Below, in pieces: positions 49,691-59,864 of a DNA stretch of 64,000 nucleotides. The stretch lies in the NCBI GenBank assembly GCA_017656255.1, contig JACDOE010000010.1, positions 36,400 through 100,399 of the forward strand, read 5' to 3'. The translations under genes and the position numbers were made by a program. The notes under the pieces were generated by a model. It saw only the letters and a list, made by a program, of their open reading frames with translations, did no database searches and had not been told where the DNA came from. This DNA comes from Bacillaceae bacterium (lineage in GTDB: Bacteria; Bacillota; Bacilli; JACDOE01). Position 1 is the first letter of the stretch, and each line of letters begins with the position of its first letter.

Positions 49691-50428
49691 TCAGATTATG
49701 GGGGCATTCAGCAGGATTTTACTGAACAAATCCATTTTGTTCCCTTTTATTCCGAAGGGATACCCATTTCCATCCTCTCTTTCATGGTGTTGAAGGGCAA
49801 CCAGCGCCAGGCGGCGTGAAGCACCTACCGTATTTTGAATTAATTCATAGCCGTAAATGGTATGTTTTTGTATAATTTCATACTCTTGATCTGTGAGTTT
49901 ACCCGGTTTGTTCAGAATCTCGACAGGGATTCTGGTTTTGCCGATATCGTGGAGTGTAGCAGCGAGGGATAGAAGTGAAAGCTGAGAAGATTCAAGGTTC
50001 ATCCAGTTACCGATCATTGTCGCGATGATTCCCACTCCGATATTATGCCGGAATGTATAATCATCTTTGGACTGCAGTTCAGCAAACAATTGAAAAATGT
50101 CCGGATCTTCCGTGGCCTGATGAATGGCAGGAATGATTTTTTCTCTGATTTCAAAAAGAGGGATTTTTTTGCTGAACCTGACCGATTCGAATATGTGCGT
50201 GATCTCCTCAGTCGCCTGTTCGATCAGCACCTGACTTGCCTTTTTCTCCGGTGATTCCTCCGTCAACACAACATCGTCTTCCGTCAACCGAACGTTGTTT
50301 TCTACCATAATCATCCGGAGATAATGTTCATTGAGAACCGTGTCTTTTGGTAACAACAGAATTCCGGAAGCGTTAAAGATATCTCGCCTCAACCGTAAAC
50401 CGATCCATTTTTTAAAAGATGATGCCAT
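49691..50428 (-). CDS. HD-GYP domain c-di-GMP phosphodiesterase-like protein
   Basis: HDIGK and HHEREDGNGYP motifs; start set at the Met behind a GGAAGGGGA RBS. Confidence 0.7.
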   Translation of the reverse strand: MASSFKKWIGLRLRRDIFNASGILLLPKDTVLNEHYLRMIMVENNVRLTEDDVVLTEESPEKKASQVLIEQATEEITHIFESVRFSKKIPLFEIREKIIPAIHQATEDPDIFQLFAELQSKDDYTFRHNIGVGIIATMIGNWMNLESSQLSLLSLAATLHDIGKTRIPVEILNKPGKLTDQEYEIIQKHTIYGYELIQNTVGASRRLALVALQHHEREDGNGYPFGIKGNKMDLFSKILLNAPII

Positions 50429-50570
50429 GCATTCCCCTTCCTTTGACAAATGGATTCATTTTTTGAATGCGCCGTATACCAGATGATGCTAGTTAATGTT
50501 AGATTATGTATGATATTCTTCATAAAAGTAAAATCTCCTTTTTTACAAATGGTTTATTTCTTCCTAAAGC

Positions 50571-50601
50571 CATAAAAAAAAGGCGGAATAAACGCCGCCT
50601 T
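50571..50601 (-). terminator. Intrinsic terminator after the KamA-family gene
   Basis: Hairpin GGCGG-N8-CCGCC followed by a U-run on the minus strand. Confidence 0.55.
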
Positions 50602-50624
50602 TCATGTTATCCATTAAGTTATAC

Positions 50625-51797
50625 TCAGGATTTAACCGTTTTTTTCTGCGGGGTATCCGGTAATTCATCCACGGACACCACTTGATCGGTTTTCTTCTTC
50701 GGTTTATTCCAGTACTTTTCGTTTCCGGGCAGATCATCAAACCAGGCCGCATCTTTCGGGCAATCCAGTACCATGAACTTGCCGTAATGGCCATCGCGGG
50801 ACTGGTGATACTTGAGGTAGGCCTTTCCGTTTTCGATAGCCAGAATTTCGATCTTACCAGACGTATGACTCATGGACAGGCGTACCCGCTTACCAAGACC
50901 GGATGTTTTCGCTTTCGCCTGTTCCACAATGTTGTACACTTCTTCAAGAGTCAACACGAAGTCGCGGTTTCCGGCCACCGGACGGTTGACGAAGAAGTAA
51001 TACGGGGTGACGCCGGCCCAGGACAGTTTATCCAGCAGTTCACCCAGAACTTCCGGGTCATCATTAATCCCTTTGAGAACCGGTGTCTGGTTGACGACAA
51101 TTGCACCGGCATCATGCAGGGCGTCGATTGCTTTCTTGGCCTGTTCCGTAATTTCACGCGGATGGTTGATGTGAGCCATGACGTAAATCCGTTTGTCCGG
51201 GGAGGAATGCTCACGGATCAATTCAAGCAACTCCTGGTCTTCATAAATACGCATCGGATTAAAGACCGGCAGTTTGGATCCGAAACGGATAATCTTCACG
51301 TGATCGATGGCACGCAATCTTTCCACGATCATCCGCAGTTTCTTCGTAGCCAGAATAAGTGAATCTCCACCAGTCAGGAGAACGTTGTTAATCTCGGGAT
51401 GTTCACTGATATATTTCAAACCGGGTTCAACGTCGGACATCGCTTCTTTAACGTCATTTCTGAACAAACGCTTGCGGAAACAATAACGGCAGTAAGCACC
51501 GCATACTTCTGAAACGATTAATAGAGCCGTGGTTTCATATTTGTGCTGGCAGCCCGGCACCACATAATTGGTGGCTTCATCGGAAGCATCCCAGCGTCCG
51601 TATTCCATTAACTCTCCTTCATTGGGGATGACCAGCTTTCGAATCGGGTCATTGGGGTCATTCCAGTCAATCAGGCTGAGATAATAGTCATTTACGCGAA
51701 ACACATATTTTTCAGTGATTTGCTTCAGCTTCTTCCGCTCTTCCTCCGGAATCTGCTCAATCTTGTCAATGTCCGTAATATACTTCGGCATTGCCAT
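50625..51797 (-). CDS. KamA-family radical SAM protein (lysine 2,3-aminomutase-like)
   Basis: CGAYCRYCFR radical SAM cluster in a KamA-type context; 390 aa. Confidence 0.75.
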   Translation of the reverse strand: MAMPKYITDIDKIEQIPEEERKKLKQITEKYVFRVNDYYLSLIDWNDPNDPIRKLVIPNEGELMEYGRWDASDEATNYVVPGCQHKYETTALLIVSEVCGAYCRYCFRKRLFRNDVKEAMSDVEPGLKYISEHPEINNVLLTGGDSLILATKKLRMIVERLRAIDHVKIIRFGSKLPVFNPMRIYEDQELLELIREHSSPDKRIYVMAHINHPREITEQAKKAIDALHDAGAIVVNQTPVLKGINDDPEVLGELLDKLSWAGVTPYYFFVNRPVAGNRDFVLTLEEVYNIVEQAKAKTSGLGKRVRLSMSHTSGKIEILAIENGKAYLKYHQSRDGHYGKFMVLDCPKDAAWFDDLPGNEKYWNKPKKKTDQVVSVDELPDTPQKKTVKS

Positions 51798-52003
51798 CGC
51801 GTATCACCCTCCCATTAAGATTATTGAAAACACGCCTGAAAAAACTTGTCTTATAACAAGCAAGCCTCCGGCGCATTTGTACGGCTCAGCTGCCTCTTAA
51901 GCTTAACAGGATTAAAGAATTCATTCCTGTCCGCCAAAAAAAAGAGAGCAACTATATTATAACAGGAGGGGTGTCAAACGGTCAAAAATGAAATAAAATT
52001 TCA

Positions 52004-52032
52004 ATTATAATTCTATTGACGAAAAAAATCAA
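52004..52032 (-). promoter_or_regulatory. Candidate sigma-A-type promoter (TTGATT-N17-TATAAT) ahead of the KamA-family gene
   Basis: Hexamers read on the minus strand with a 17-nt spacer; leaves a ~200-nt leader containing a hairpin plus U-run at 51838-51862. Confidence 0.3.
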
Positions 52033-52126
52033 TCATTTTTGAAGGAAAAGATTCATTTTTTAAGAATGAAAGAATTCTTTTATCATTTTGTCCCAATATG
52101 ACAGGCCTGTTTCATGGGAGACCCAC

Positions 52127-52267
52127 TCAGGTTGATGGACGATTGGGACCATCCAGTTTTTTATTGCCGTAACCCGGTGCTTTTTCCTTCGTCACTTCCG
52201 GTTGTTCCGTATGTTCTTCCACTCTTTTCTCGACATTGCTGCTCGTCCGCTTCGGGTCCTGTTTCAT
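52127..52267 (-). CDS. Small hydrophilic protein (46 aa)
   Basis: Internal Met of the track ORF has an AGGAGG RBS 8 nt upstream; product MKQDPKRTSSNVEKRVEEHTEQPEVTKEKAPGYGNKKLDGPNRPST. Confidence 0.3.
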   Translation of the reverse strand: MKQDPKRTSSNVEKRVEEHTEQPEVTKEKAPGYGNKKLDGPNRPST

Positions 52268-52337
52268 TTTGACAGAAACCTCCTTTCCGTTGTAGTATGT
52301 GCAAAAATAACGAAAATCAGAAGGACGTTTTGAGAGG

Positions 52338-52988
52338 GTGATCATGATTAAAGGAATTCTGTTCGACCTGGACAACACACTGCTTCAATCCCGGATTGAT
52401 TTTTTCGCCATGAAAAAAGAGCTTTATGAAAAGCTCCTTGACAAAAGTATATTTGAGCCCTTTGACTGGAAACACAACACCCCGTCCCAGATCATTGAGC
52501 TGGCCCGGAACAAGGGGATTGACCCCGAAACAGAGGCGATGATCTGGGAAACGGTGACCCGATTTGAAGAAGAAGGGATGCGCGATGCCGCTCTGTCACC
52601 AGGCGTTCCGGAAATGCTGCAGTTCCTTTCACAGCAGGGGATCGTCCTGACCGTTGTCACCAATAATGCTCATTCCGCCGCCGTGAAAGCCCTGAAGGAA
52701 ACCGGTATCGTGTCCTTTTTCGACCGGATTGCCGGCCGGGAGCAGATGAAGGCGCTCAAACCTTCCCCTTCCGGCATTGAATACATACTGGCCGGGTATC
52801 CGGACATCCGGCGCAGCGAATGGCTGTATGTGGGAGATTCATGGATCGATGGCCGTGCCTCAGAGCTGGCAGGGATTTCATTCGTTGCCTTCTGCGCCTG
52901 TGAAAAAACACTGAAGCAAAAAGGGGTTGAGCCGGTGGCCCGGATCACTCAATTCTCCGATCTGCCGGATATCCTTGCGGCTCTTTGA
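52338..52988 (+). CDS. HAD-family hydrolase
   Basis: N-terminal FDLDNTL motif I and downstream HAD motifs. Confidence 0.7.
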   Translation: MIMIKGILFDLDNTLLQSRIDFFAMKKELYEKLLDKSIFEPFDWKHNTPSQIIELARNKGIDPETEAMIWETVTRFEEEGMRDAALSPGVPEMLQFLSQQGIVLTVVTNNAHSAAVKALKETGIVSFFDRIAGREQMKALKPSPSGIEYILAGYPDIRRSEWLYVGDSWIDGRASELAGISFVAFCACEKTLKQKGVEPVARITQFSDLPDILAAL

Positions 52989-53692
52989 CCTTTCTTCCTG
53001 CGGCACGCCTCGATGAACGCCTGAAACAGGCGGTGTGCCAGGGCATCGGTGGCAGTCATGTTTTCCGGATGCCACTGTACCCCCAGCACAAACGGGTGGC
53101 TTCGGCTTTCAATCGCTTCAATTACCCCGTCTGCCGTCCTTGCCGAAACCACAAAACCGGGGGCGGGTTCTTTCACCGCCTGGTGATGAAAACTGTTCAC
53201 CTTAAAACTTTCTTCCCCTGTGATTTGATACAGTAGAGACGGTTTCACGACCCGGATTTTGTGGGAAGCATGATACCTCGGAGCCTGCTGGGTGTGCTGT
53301 AACAGGCCGTCGAGCTGACTGTCCAGATCCTGGTACATGTCTCCTCCGGCAGCGACATTGAGAATCTGGCATCCCCGGCATATCGCGAAAATCGGGCTGC
53401 CGCGATTCAGCATGAGCCGAATCATCCTGATTTCCAAGTGGTCCCTTTCCGGTGTAATGGGCCCCAGCCCCGGCAATGGATCTTCACCAAACAGGGACGG
53501 ATCGATATCGCCTCCCCCGGTGAGAAGCAGTCCGTCCACCTGATCCGCCATCTGATTGAAATCCTCGTCATCCGTGGAATAGGGCAAAATGAACGGGAGT
53601 CCTCCCGCCCTTCGGACACTGTCCGTATAATCACGATGAACCCTCACCGACTCATTTTCCAGAGATGGGATGATGCCGATAATCGGTTTCAT
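52949..53692 (-). CDS. Class I glutamine amidotransferase-like peptidase C26 (gamma-glutamyl-GABA hydrolase family)
   Basis: Catalytic Cys context (AICRGCQ) and H-x-E-type C-terminal region (SFHHQAV). Confidence 0.65.
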   Translation of the reverse strand: MKPIIGIIPSLENESVRVHRDYTDSVRRAGGLPFILPYSTDDEDFNQMADQVDGLLLTGGGDIDPSLFGEDPLPGLGPITPERDHLEIRMIRLMLNRGSPIFAICRGCQILNVAAGGDMYQDLDSQLDGLLQHTQQAPRYHASHKIRVVKPSLLYQITGEESFKVNSFHHQAVKEPAPGFVVSARTADGVIEAIESRSHPFVLGVQWHPENMTATDALAHRLFQAFIEACRRKKGQRAARISGRSEN

Positions 53693-53783
53693 GGCCGGCT
53701 CCTTTCAGGGGCTGACAGATTTGTGCGTATGACGCTACATTAATTATAAAATGCAACGGGATGCCATGAGGTTCGCCCGAATC

Positions 53784-55607
53784 CTAGACAACAGTCCTGC
53801 CGGAATCGGCTGAAAACCTCCCGTCATGGATTAAGGTTTCCACCGGAATGTGGCCATACTCCATTAATTTTTCAAAATAGTCCAGTTCCACCGGACGTGC
53901 GTCTTTTAAACCCCTGTCCTGGAAACACTCAAAATGTTTCTTTTTGTAAAGGCGTGCCACCACAAATTTACGTGCGTTCCCGTCACGGGTGACCTGATCC
54001 TCCGCTTCTTTTAAAATCTGAATCAGTTGGAATACGTCGATCATGTAATCGGCAAAACGCTTCATGTGCCAGGTGATCACGTCTTCTTTTTGCTGAAACA
54101 GGAATTGGATTGTTTCCCTGATCTCCGCCACGGCATTGTTTAGCACCGGTATGAAGGCCTGAGAAAGCGGATGGTTCAGTTCATTTATCTCCTGTTCCAT
54201 GACACGAATAAAGACATCATGCCCCTTTTCCTTACGAAATACCCTAATCACATCAAGGGCCAGGATGTTGGACGTTCCCTCCCAGACAGTCAGCACCTGG
54301 GCGTCCCGCAAAAGGCGGGGCGTGACATATTCCTCGATATATCCGTTGCCGCCGTGGGTTTCAATCGATTTGTGCGCGGCGGCTACCGCCTCTTCCCCGG
54401 TCCGGTATTTCAGCAATGGAACCAACAGCCGGGCCATCACCTTTTCATCCCGGGTGGCATCGCCGGTGGTTACCACACGGTCAAAATAGCGAATCATCTC
54501 AAAACAGGCGCCTGTGTTGACCTCCAGTTCCATCAGCATATCCAAAAGCGTTTCACGTACCATGGGATAACGGCTGATCGCCTGGCCGAAGGCCTTTCGC
54601 TGCGACGCATAGTGCCAGGCCTCATAAAAAGCCCGCCGCATAATCCCTACTGAAGCTATTGCGTTACAGATCCGCGAGATATTGAGGGCATCCGCCATAT
54701 ACTTGAATCCTTTATCCGGATCTCCGATCAGATAACCTTCCGCCTCCTCCAGGATCACTTCAGCCGATGGGACGGCATTGACACCCAGCTTATCCTTCAG
54801 GCGGCGGACATAAACGGTATTACGGGTCCCATCCGGTTTCACCCACGGGACCAGAAACAGGCCAAGCCCTTTTGTCCCCGGCTTATCCGGGTTGACCCGA
54901 GCCAGAACAGTAGCGACCATCGCCCCGGCATTGCTGGCGAAAAACTTTTCACCGGTCAGGCGATACACACCCCGTCGCTTTGGATCCGGTTCCGCCACCG
55001 TCAGATTCGCTCCCACATCAGACCCTCCCTGCCGCTCCGTCAGCCACGTGGCACCTTCGTAGAGGGTCTTATAGTCAAGGGAAGCCAGGCCTTTCAGGTA
55101 GGTTTCTTTTTGTTCTTCCGAACCGTAACGGTCAATCAGGTAAGCCGCCGACATGGTGAGGGTCACCGGGCAGTAGAATCCGGGTTCACTCTGGCTGAGC
55201 AAGTAGCCCTGCAGATAGGAATAGGCATAGGGTGCCTTATGTTTCAATTCGGGAATCTCGTGGTACAGATACCCGACGATGCCGGATTCATAAACGTCTT
55301 TCACCGTCTGTTTATAGCCGTCATTGGTGATAATCTCCGAAATCTCTTCTCCGCGTCGGTTGTATCGCTTTAATCGGGGACGCCCTTCGTCATCGGTGTA
55401 AGATGCCCGCTCATCCACCGGACCGGCCACCAGTTCCCCGAATCGAGACAGTTCACGGTCCGCCCATTCCTGCATGGATGCCGGCAGATAACGCATCATC
55501 AGATAGCGGATGTTGGGATCATCCTCATAGAAATTGGAGTTTTCGGCGGGGCGCGGAATATTGTTCGAATAGGCGCCGCTGTCAATTTCCCGCTGGATGT
55601 GCCTCAT
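53784..55607 (-). CDS. Acyl-CoA dehydrogenase family protein (long form)
   Basis: ACAD middle and C-terminal domains; start set at the Met behind a GGAGAGGA RBS. Confidence 0.75.
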   Translation of the reverse strand: MRHIQREIDSGAYSNNIPRPAENSNFYEDDPNIRYLMMRYLPASMQEWADRELSRFGELVAGPVDERASYTDDEGRPRLKRYNRRGEEISEIITNDGYKQTVKDVYESGIVGYLYHEIPELKHKAPYAYSYLQGYLLSQSEPGFYCPVTLTMSAAYLIDRYGSEEQKETYLKGLASLDYKTLYEGATWLTERQGGSDVGANLTVAEPDPKRRGVYRLTGEKFFASNAGAMVATVLARVNPDKPGTKGLGLFLVPWVKPDGTRNTVYVRRLKDKLGVNAVPSAEVILEEAEGYLIGDPDKGFKYMADALNISRICNAIASVGIMRRAFYEAWHYASQRKAFGQAISRYPMVRETLLDMLMELEVNTGACFEMIRYFDRVVTTGDATRDEKVMARLLVPLLKYRTGEEAVAAAHKSIETHGGNGYIEEYVTPRLLRDAQVLTVWEGTSNILALDVIRVFRKEKGHDVFIRVMEQEINELNHPLSQAFIPVLNNAVAEIRETIQFLFQQKEDVITWHMKRFADYMIDVFQLIQILKEAEDQVTRDGNARKFVVARLYKKKHFECFQDRGLKDARPVELDYFEKLMEYGHIPVETLIHDGRFSADSGRTVV

Positions 55608-55647
55608 AATATATCCTCTCCTCTGGTTCGGGCAACGCCCGTGACTT

Positions 55648-56010
55648 TTATTCTTGCAACGCGGCCAGTTTCGCTTCAAACTTCTTCTTGTATGCCATCA
55701 TCTCGTCCCGCAGCCGGGTCAACTCGTCAATCTGCTCATTGATTTCCGTGATTTTCCGTTCACCGTATTCAATCGTTTTCTCCAGTTGTTTTTTTCCGCT
55801 GCGGTCCTCATCAAACAGCGTAATCAGTTCCTTGATTTCCCTCAGGGAAAACCCGAATCGTTTCCCGCGCAAAATCAGTTTCAATCTAGCCCGGTCCTTT
55901 CGGGTATAATACCGGGTACCCCGCCCGCTTCGCGCCGGTTGCAACAGATCCAGTTCTTCATAATACCGAATCGTCCGTGTACTGATGTCAAGTTCCCGGG
56001 CCAGTTCGGA
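55648..56010 (-). CDS. MerR-family transcriptional regulator (start uncertain)
   Basis: N-terminal HTH (ISELARELDISTRTIRYYE) continues in frame upstream of the track ORF without a canonical start codon; an AGGAGG lies 9 nt before an in-frame ATC. Confidence 0.55.
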   Translation of the reverse strand, partial: SELARELDISTRTIRYYEELDLLQPARSGRGTRYYTRKDRARLKLILRGKRFGFSLREIKELITLFDEDRSGKKQLEKTIEYGERKITEINEQIDELTRLRDEMMAYKKKFEAKLAALQE

Positions 56011-56224
56011 AATTGTAAAATAGGTTTCTGACGGATTGAGTGGGATGGCCGTTCACCTCCTGTACGCTGCCATGTTACCTGGTTTCATCATAATGGCTGG
56101 ATCTCATTAACGTCAACGTTAATTTAGTTAATTGATAAAATTATCAGATTATTATGCACGCCTGTTATTCATGTTATCCGGCCATCCGGTAATCCTATAA
56201 CTATCACATCATGCAGCAGGAGGA

Positions 56225-56692
56225 ATGAATTTGTACAAAATGCTGACAGCAATCACGTTGTGCCTGGTTGTGTTGACGTTTCTGTTTCCTGCGCAGGCGG
56301 AACCTGCAAAACCGCCTCCGGAATCAACGGAGGAACTTTATCACGATCTGTTCATCACCCTGCTTCATCCACATATCAAGCAGGCGGTAGCCGCTTATTA
56401 TACAAAGGCCGGAAAAAGGGTCCCCATGGTCTATCCATACATGGTCGAGCTCATCGAGGCCGAACGGATTCTCGGCTATCGCTCCTTTTTATTCAGAGTC
56501 ACGCTTGACGTCACATCCGTTGTAGGGCCGCACCACCCTGTGGGCCGGGACCGGTTAACCTTTAAAATCGGAACGGGACGCATACAACTGGAACAGTTTA
56601 AACACCTTGAGAGTTATGATCCTCCACCACGGGGACCGGCTGAACCCATCATTTCCATCCGTCAGGAACCATACGTATTCCGTAAAATCTGA
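56225..56692 (+). CDS. Secreted hypothetical protein
   Basis: N-terminal signal peptide (LVVLTFLFPAQA); no recognised family. Confidence 0.4.
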   Translation: MNLYKMLTAITLCLVVLTFLFPAQAEPAKPPPESTEELYHDLFITLLHPHIKQAVAAYYTKAGKRVPMVYPYMVELIEAERILGYRSFLFRVTLDVTSVVGPHHPVGRDRLTFKIGTGRIQLEQFKHLESYDPPPRGPAEPIISIRQEPYVFRKI

Positions 56693-58458
56693 ATCACCTG
56701 CCGGAACATCTCGACTGCCTGATTGTTCCCATAAGACGGCTGATTTTCAGCCACAACCGCAATCGCATAACGGGGACGATCAGCGGGAGCATAACCGACA
56801 AACCACTGGTTGACCCTGCTGGTCGGTGAATCCGTGACTTCCGCCGTCCCACTTTTGCCCGCCACCTGCCACCCGGCATCCTGCAGGTCGGAACCGGTAC
56901 CTTCGGTTACGACCATCCGCATCATCCGCTGCAGTTGATAGGCGGTGTAACGTTCAATCGAATCAGTTGAGAGGCTGCGGCTTTCAAAGGTGTAAAAAGG
57001 AACGCCGGTTTTATACCGGATTTCGTTGACAATCCGCACCTGTTCACTCCTCCCCTCTTCGGCGATGGTTGCCGCCATGTTCGCCGCCTGAAGGGGTGTC
57101 ATGCGGACGTCCCGCTGGCCGATGGCCGTCTGGATCAGAACCCCCTCATCATCGGACGGGGTGGAAGGGGCAAATACCTGCCCGACATCTTCGGCATCAA
57201 ACTGGGCAAACGCCTCCATCTTAAAAAAGGGGGCTTTTTGCCAGCCATTGGGGAGCGTGACCCCTATTTTTCCAGCATATTCCCTGATTTTTTCATCCCC
57301 CAGTTCCAGGGCAACCCGGGCAAAGGTAATGTTACAGGATTGGGCATACGCTTCGGCAAAGGTCAGTTCACCGTGACCCCCTTTTTTCCAGCAGGAGAAC
57401 CCGTATTTTCCCCATTCCCCGTCGCAATAAAAACGATCCAGGGGCTTCGCTACGCCTTCTTCAAGGGCCGCTGCGGCAATCACGGTTTTGAATACAGAAC
57501 CCGGCGCAATCTGTTCCAGGGCACGATTTCGCCAGCCGCCCTGCTCCAGGTCCACCTGATTGGGATCAAACCCGGGCCGGCTGACCATCGCCAGCACCTC
57601 CCGGCTTTCCACATCCAGCACCACAACCGACCCTTTATGAAGGCCCTGCCGGTCCGCAAGCTGCTCCAGTTCCCGCTGCAACTCCAGATCGAGGGTGGTG
57701 ACCAGTGAGAGGGGATAAAACTGATTTTCAGGCTGATACAAACGAACATCCAGCCCCTTTAATGGATTGCCGTAGGCATCGACAAAATAGGAAACGGTCG
57801 TCGGCCCCACTCCATGCAAAAAAGATTGGAAACTGCGCTCCAGGCCGGATCCGCCGATCAGGCTGTCCAGATGAAGAATCCCGTCTTCCCATTCTTCCCG
57901 GTAACGGGTTCTGATGGCCTCCGGGTTCTGGCTGATGTAGCCGATCACCTGTGCCGCCATCATATCCGAAGGGTAACGTTCTTTGACGGGAAACGTAAGG
58001 ATACCGGGTATGTTCATTTCCTGAACCGCTTCAGCCTCCATCGGGGTTAAACGCACGATTTCACCACGTCGATTCCGATACACCGCCGGCTGTTTCAAAT
58101 GCTTGACAAACCGGATCAGTTCATCGACGGGGATCTGCAATTGACGGGCTACTTTTTGCAATTCATCCGTCCGGTCTTCATGCCGGACCACGGGAAAAAT
58201 GATCAGGGCCTGTGTCTTTTTACCGGTGAGGGGACGGCCTTCCCGATCCAGGATATCTCCCCGTCCGGTGTCCAGCACTAGACTCTGCTGACGCTGCTTG
58301 ACGGCCTGGCGGACCAGATCAATCCCCTGATCGGAAAAGTGGCGGGTATCGACCAGTTGAATCCAGGCCAGTCGCGACCACAGGAGAGCGATCATGAAGC
58401 TGATCACCAGAAGTGTCGCAAACATGCGACGTTTGGTGGACTTCGGAGCGGTTTCCAC
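56662..58458 (-). CDS. Class B penicillin-binding protein (transpeptidase)
   Basis: N-terminal membrane anchor, dimerisation domain and transpeptidase SxxK motif (GSVFKTV) with SxN and KTG(T) regions. Confidence 0.8.
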   Translation of the reverse strand: METAPKSTKRRMFATLLVISFMIALLWSRLAWIQLVDTRHFSDQGIDLVRQAVKQRQQSLVLDTGRGDILDREGRPLTGKKTQALIIFPVVRHEDRTDELQKVARQLQIPVDELIRFVKHLKQPAVYRNRRGEIVRLTPMEAEAVQEMNIPGILTFPVKERYPSDMMAAQVIGYISQNPEAIRTRYREEWEDGILHLDSLIGGSGLERSFQSFLHGVGPTTVSYFVDAYGNPLKGLDVRLYQPENQFYPLSLVTTLDLELQRELEQLADRQGLHKGSVVVLDVESREVLAMVSRPGFDPNQVDLEQGGWRNRALEQIAPGSVFKTVIAAAALEEGVAKPLDRFYCDGEWGKYGFSCWKKGGHGELTFAEAYAQSCNITFARVALELGDEKIREYAGKIGVTLPNGWQKAPFFKMEAFAQFDAEDVGQVFAPSTPSDDEGVLIQTAIGQRDVRMTPLQAANMAATIAEEGRSEQVRIVNEIRYKTGVPFYTFESRSLSTDSIERYTAYQLQRMMRMVVTEGTGSDLQDAGWQVAGKSGTAEVTDSPTSRVNQWFVGYAPADRPRYAIAVVAENQPSYGNNQAVEMFRQVIQILRNTYGS

Positions 58459-58536
58459 AATAAAAATCCCCTTTCACACCGATTTACTTCCATTTTTGCC
58501 GGTGTAAAAGAGGATTTATACCTTCTTAATGGCAGA

Positions 58537-59853
58537 TTAGACACTCTCTTTTCGCATCATATCCCGCGGCCGAACGGGCCGGTCTACTTTCATCCGGACC
58601 AGTTGCAGCGGATGGCGGGCGGCATCCAGTTCGTTCCCGTCCTCATCCCAGATGGTATCGATGGTCTGGACGAAGGTATAGTCGGGTCCGAAAAATTCCA
58701 CTTCCTGTCCCGGTTTGAAGTGATTGCGCTGCTGAACCGTGGCGATACCCGTCTGCTCGTCATAATCGACAACCAGGCCGGCAAATTCATACTGCGCATG
58801 TTCTTCCGCTTCATGGAACAGCTGATCTTCATGTCCCGGTTTTCCATAAAAGAACCCGCTGGTCGCCGAACGATGTCCCGATTTTTTCAATTCTTCGATC
58901 CATTCGGGTTTCAGTTCATAGTTGTCGGGATCTTCACAATAGGCGTCGATCGCCTGACGATAGACTTTGACGACGGTAGCCACGTAGTGAATACTCTTCA
59001 TCCGCCCTTCAATCTTGAAGCTTTCCACGCCAAGATCGACGATGTCCGGAATGTGGCGGATCATCGATAAATCCTTGGAGCTCATCGTGAACGGATCATC
59101 CTGTTCGTTAAACAGCGGAATTTCCCGTTTACCCACGTTTGCCTGAAGGGCATCCTCATCCGGTCCTTCTTCGAATAGATCATATTTCCAGCGACAGGAC
59201 TGGCAACAACCGCCCCGATTGGAATCCCGCGCCGTAAAATGGTTGGAGAGGACGCAGCGTCCCGAGTAGGAAATGCACATGGCACCATGAATAAAGACTT
59301 CCAGCTCCACGTCCACATGTTCCTTGATCTGGCGAATCTCCTCCAGGGAAACTTCCCGGGCCAGCACGATCCGGGAGACCCCTTCCTCTTTCCAGAACTT
59401 GACCGCCTGCCAGTTGGCCGTCGAAGTCTGGGTACTGAGATGAACTTCCAGATCGGGAGCAGCCTCCCTGCAGGCCTGGATCAGGGCCGGGTCGGCCACG
59501 ATGACGGCGTCAATGCCGATATCCTGTAGCGTTCGGTAATAATCATGCACGCCGGGTAAATCTTCATTATGGGCGATAATATTGGTGGCGACAAATACTT
59601 TGGCGCCCCGTTCATGGGCAAAACGGACGCCTTCTTCCATCTCTTCAAAGGAAAAGTTGTCAGCGTTGGCACGGAGCCCGTACTGCTGTCCGCCGATATA
59701 GACAGCATCCGCTCCGTAATGAACGGCACACTTCAATTTTTCCAGATTGCCGGCCGGCGCCAGCAATTCCGGCTTCTCGAGTCTGGGCCGGACGATTTTT
59801 TTATCTGGTACCGTAATGGTTGACGACATGTGAGTTCCCCCCTTTTTACACAC
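58537..59853 (-). CDS. U32-family peptidase (YrrO/TrhP2-like)
   Basis: U32 N-terminal region (ELLAPAGNLEKLK...AVYIGG) and size; adjacent to a second U32 gene and an O-methyltransferase as in the B. subtilis yrrMNO cluster. Confidence 0.75.
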   Translation of the reverse strand: MCKKGGTHMSSTITVPDKKIVRPRLEKPELLAPAGNLEKLKCAVHYGADAVYIGGQQYGLRANADNFSFEEMEEGVRFAHERGAKVFVATNIIAHNEDLPGVHDYYRTLQDIGIDAVIVADPALIQACREAAPDLEVHLSTQTSTANWQAVKFWKEEGVSRIVLAREVSLEEIRQIKEHVDVELEVFIHGAMCISYSGRCVLSNHFTARDSNRGGCCQSCRWKYDLFEEGPDEDALQANVGKREIPLFNEQDDPFTMSSKDLSMIRHIPDIVDLGVESFKIEGRMKSIHYVATVVKVYRQAIDAYCEDPDNYELKPEWIEELKKSGHRSATSGFFYGKPGHEDQLFHEAEEHAQYEFAGLVVDYDEQTGIATVQQRNHFKPGQEVEFFGPDYTFVQTIDTIWDEDGNELDAARHPLQLVRMKVDRPVRPRDMMRKESV

Positions 59854-59864
59854 TTTTATCCTAA

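Noticed and set aside
52949-52988. Convergent 40-bp overlap between the HAD hydrolase and the C26 peptidase ORFs
   Set aside because: Probably reflects a slightly shorter true 3' end of one gene or a tolerated convergent overlap; not evidence of a frameshift.
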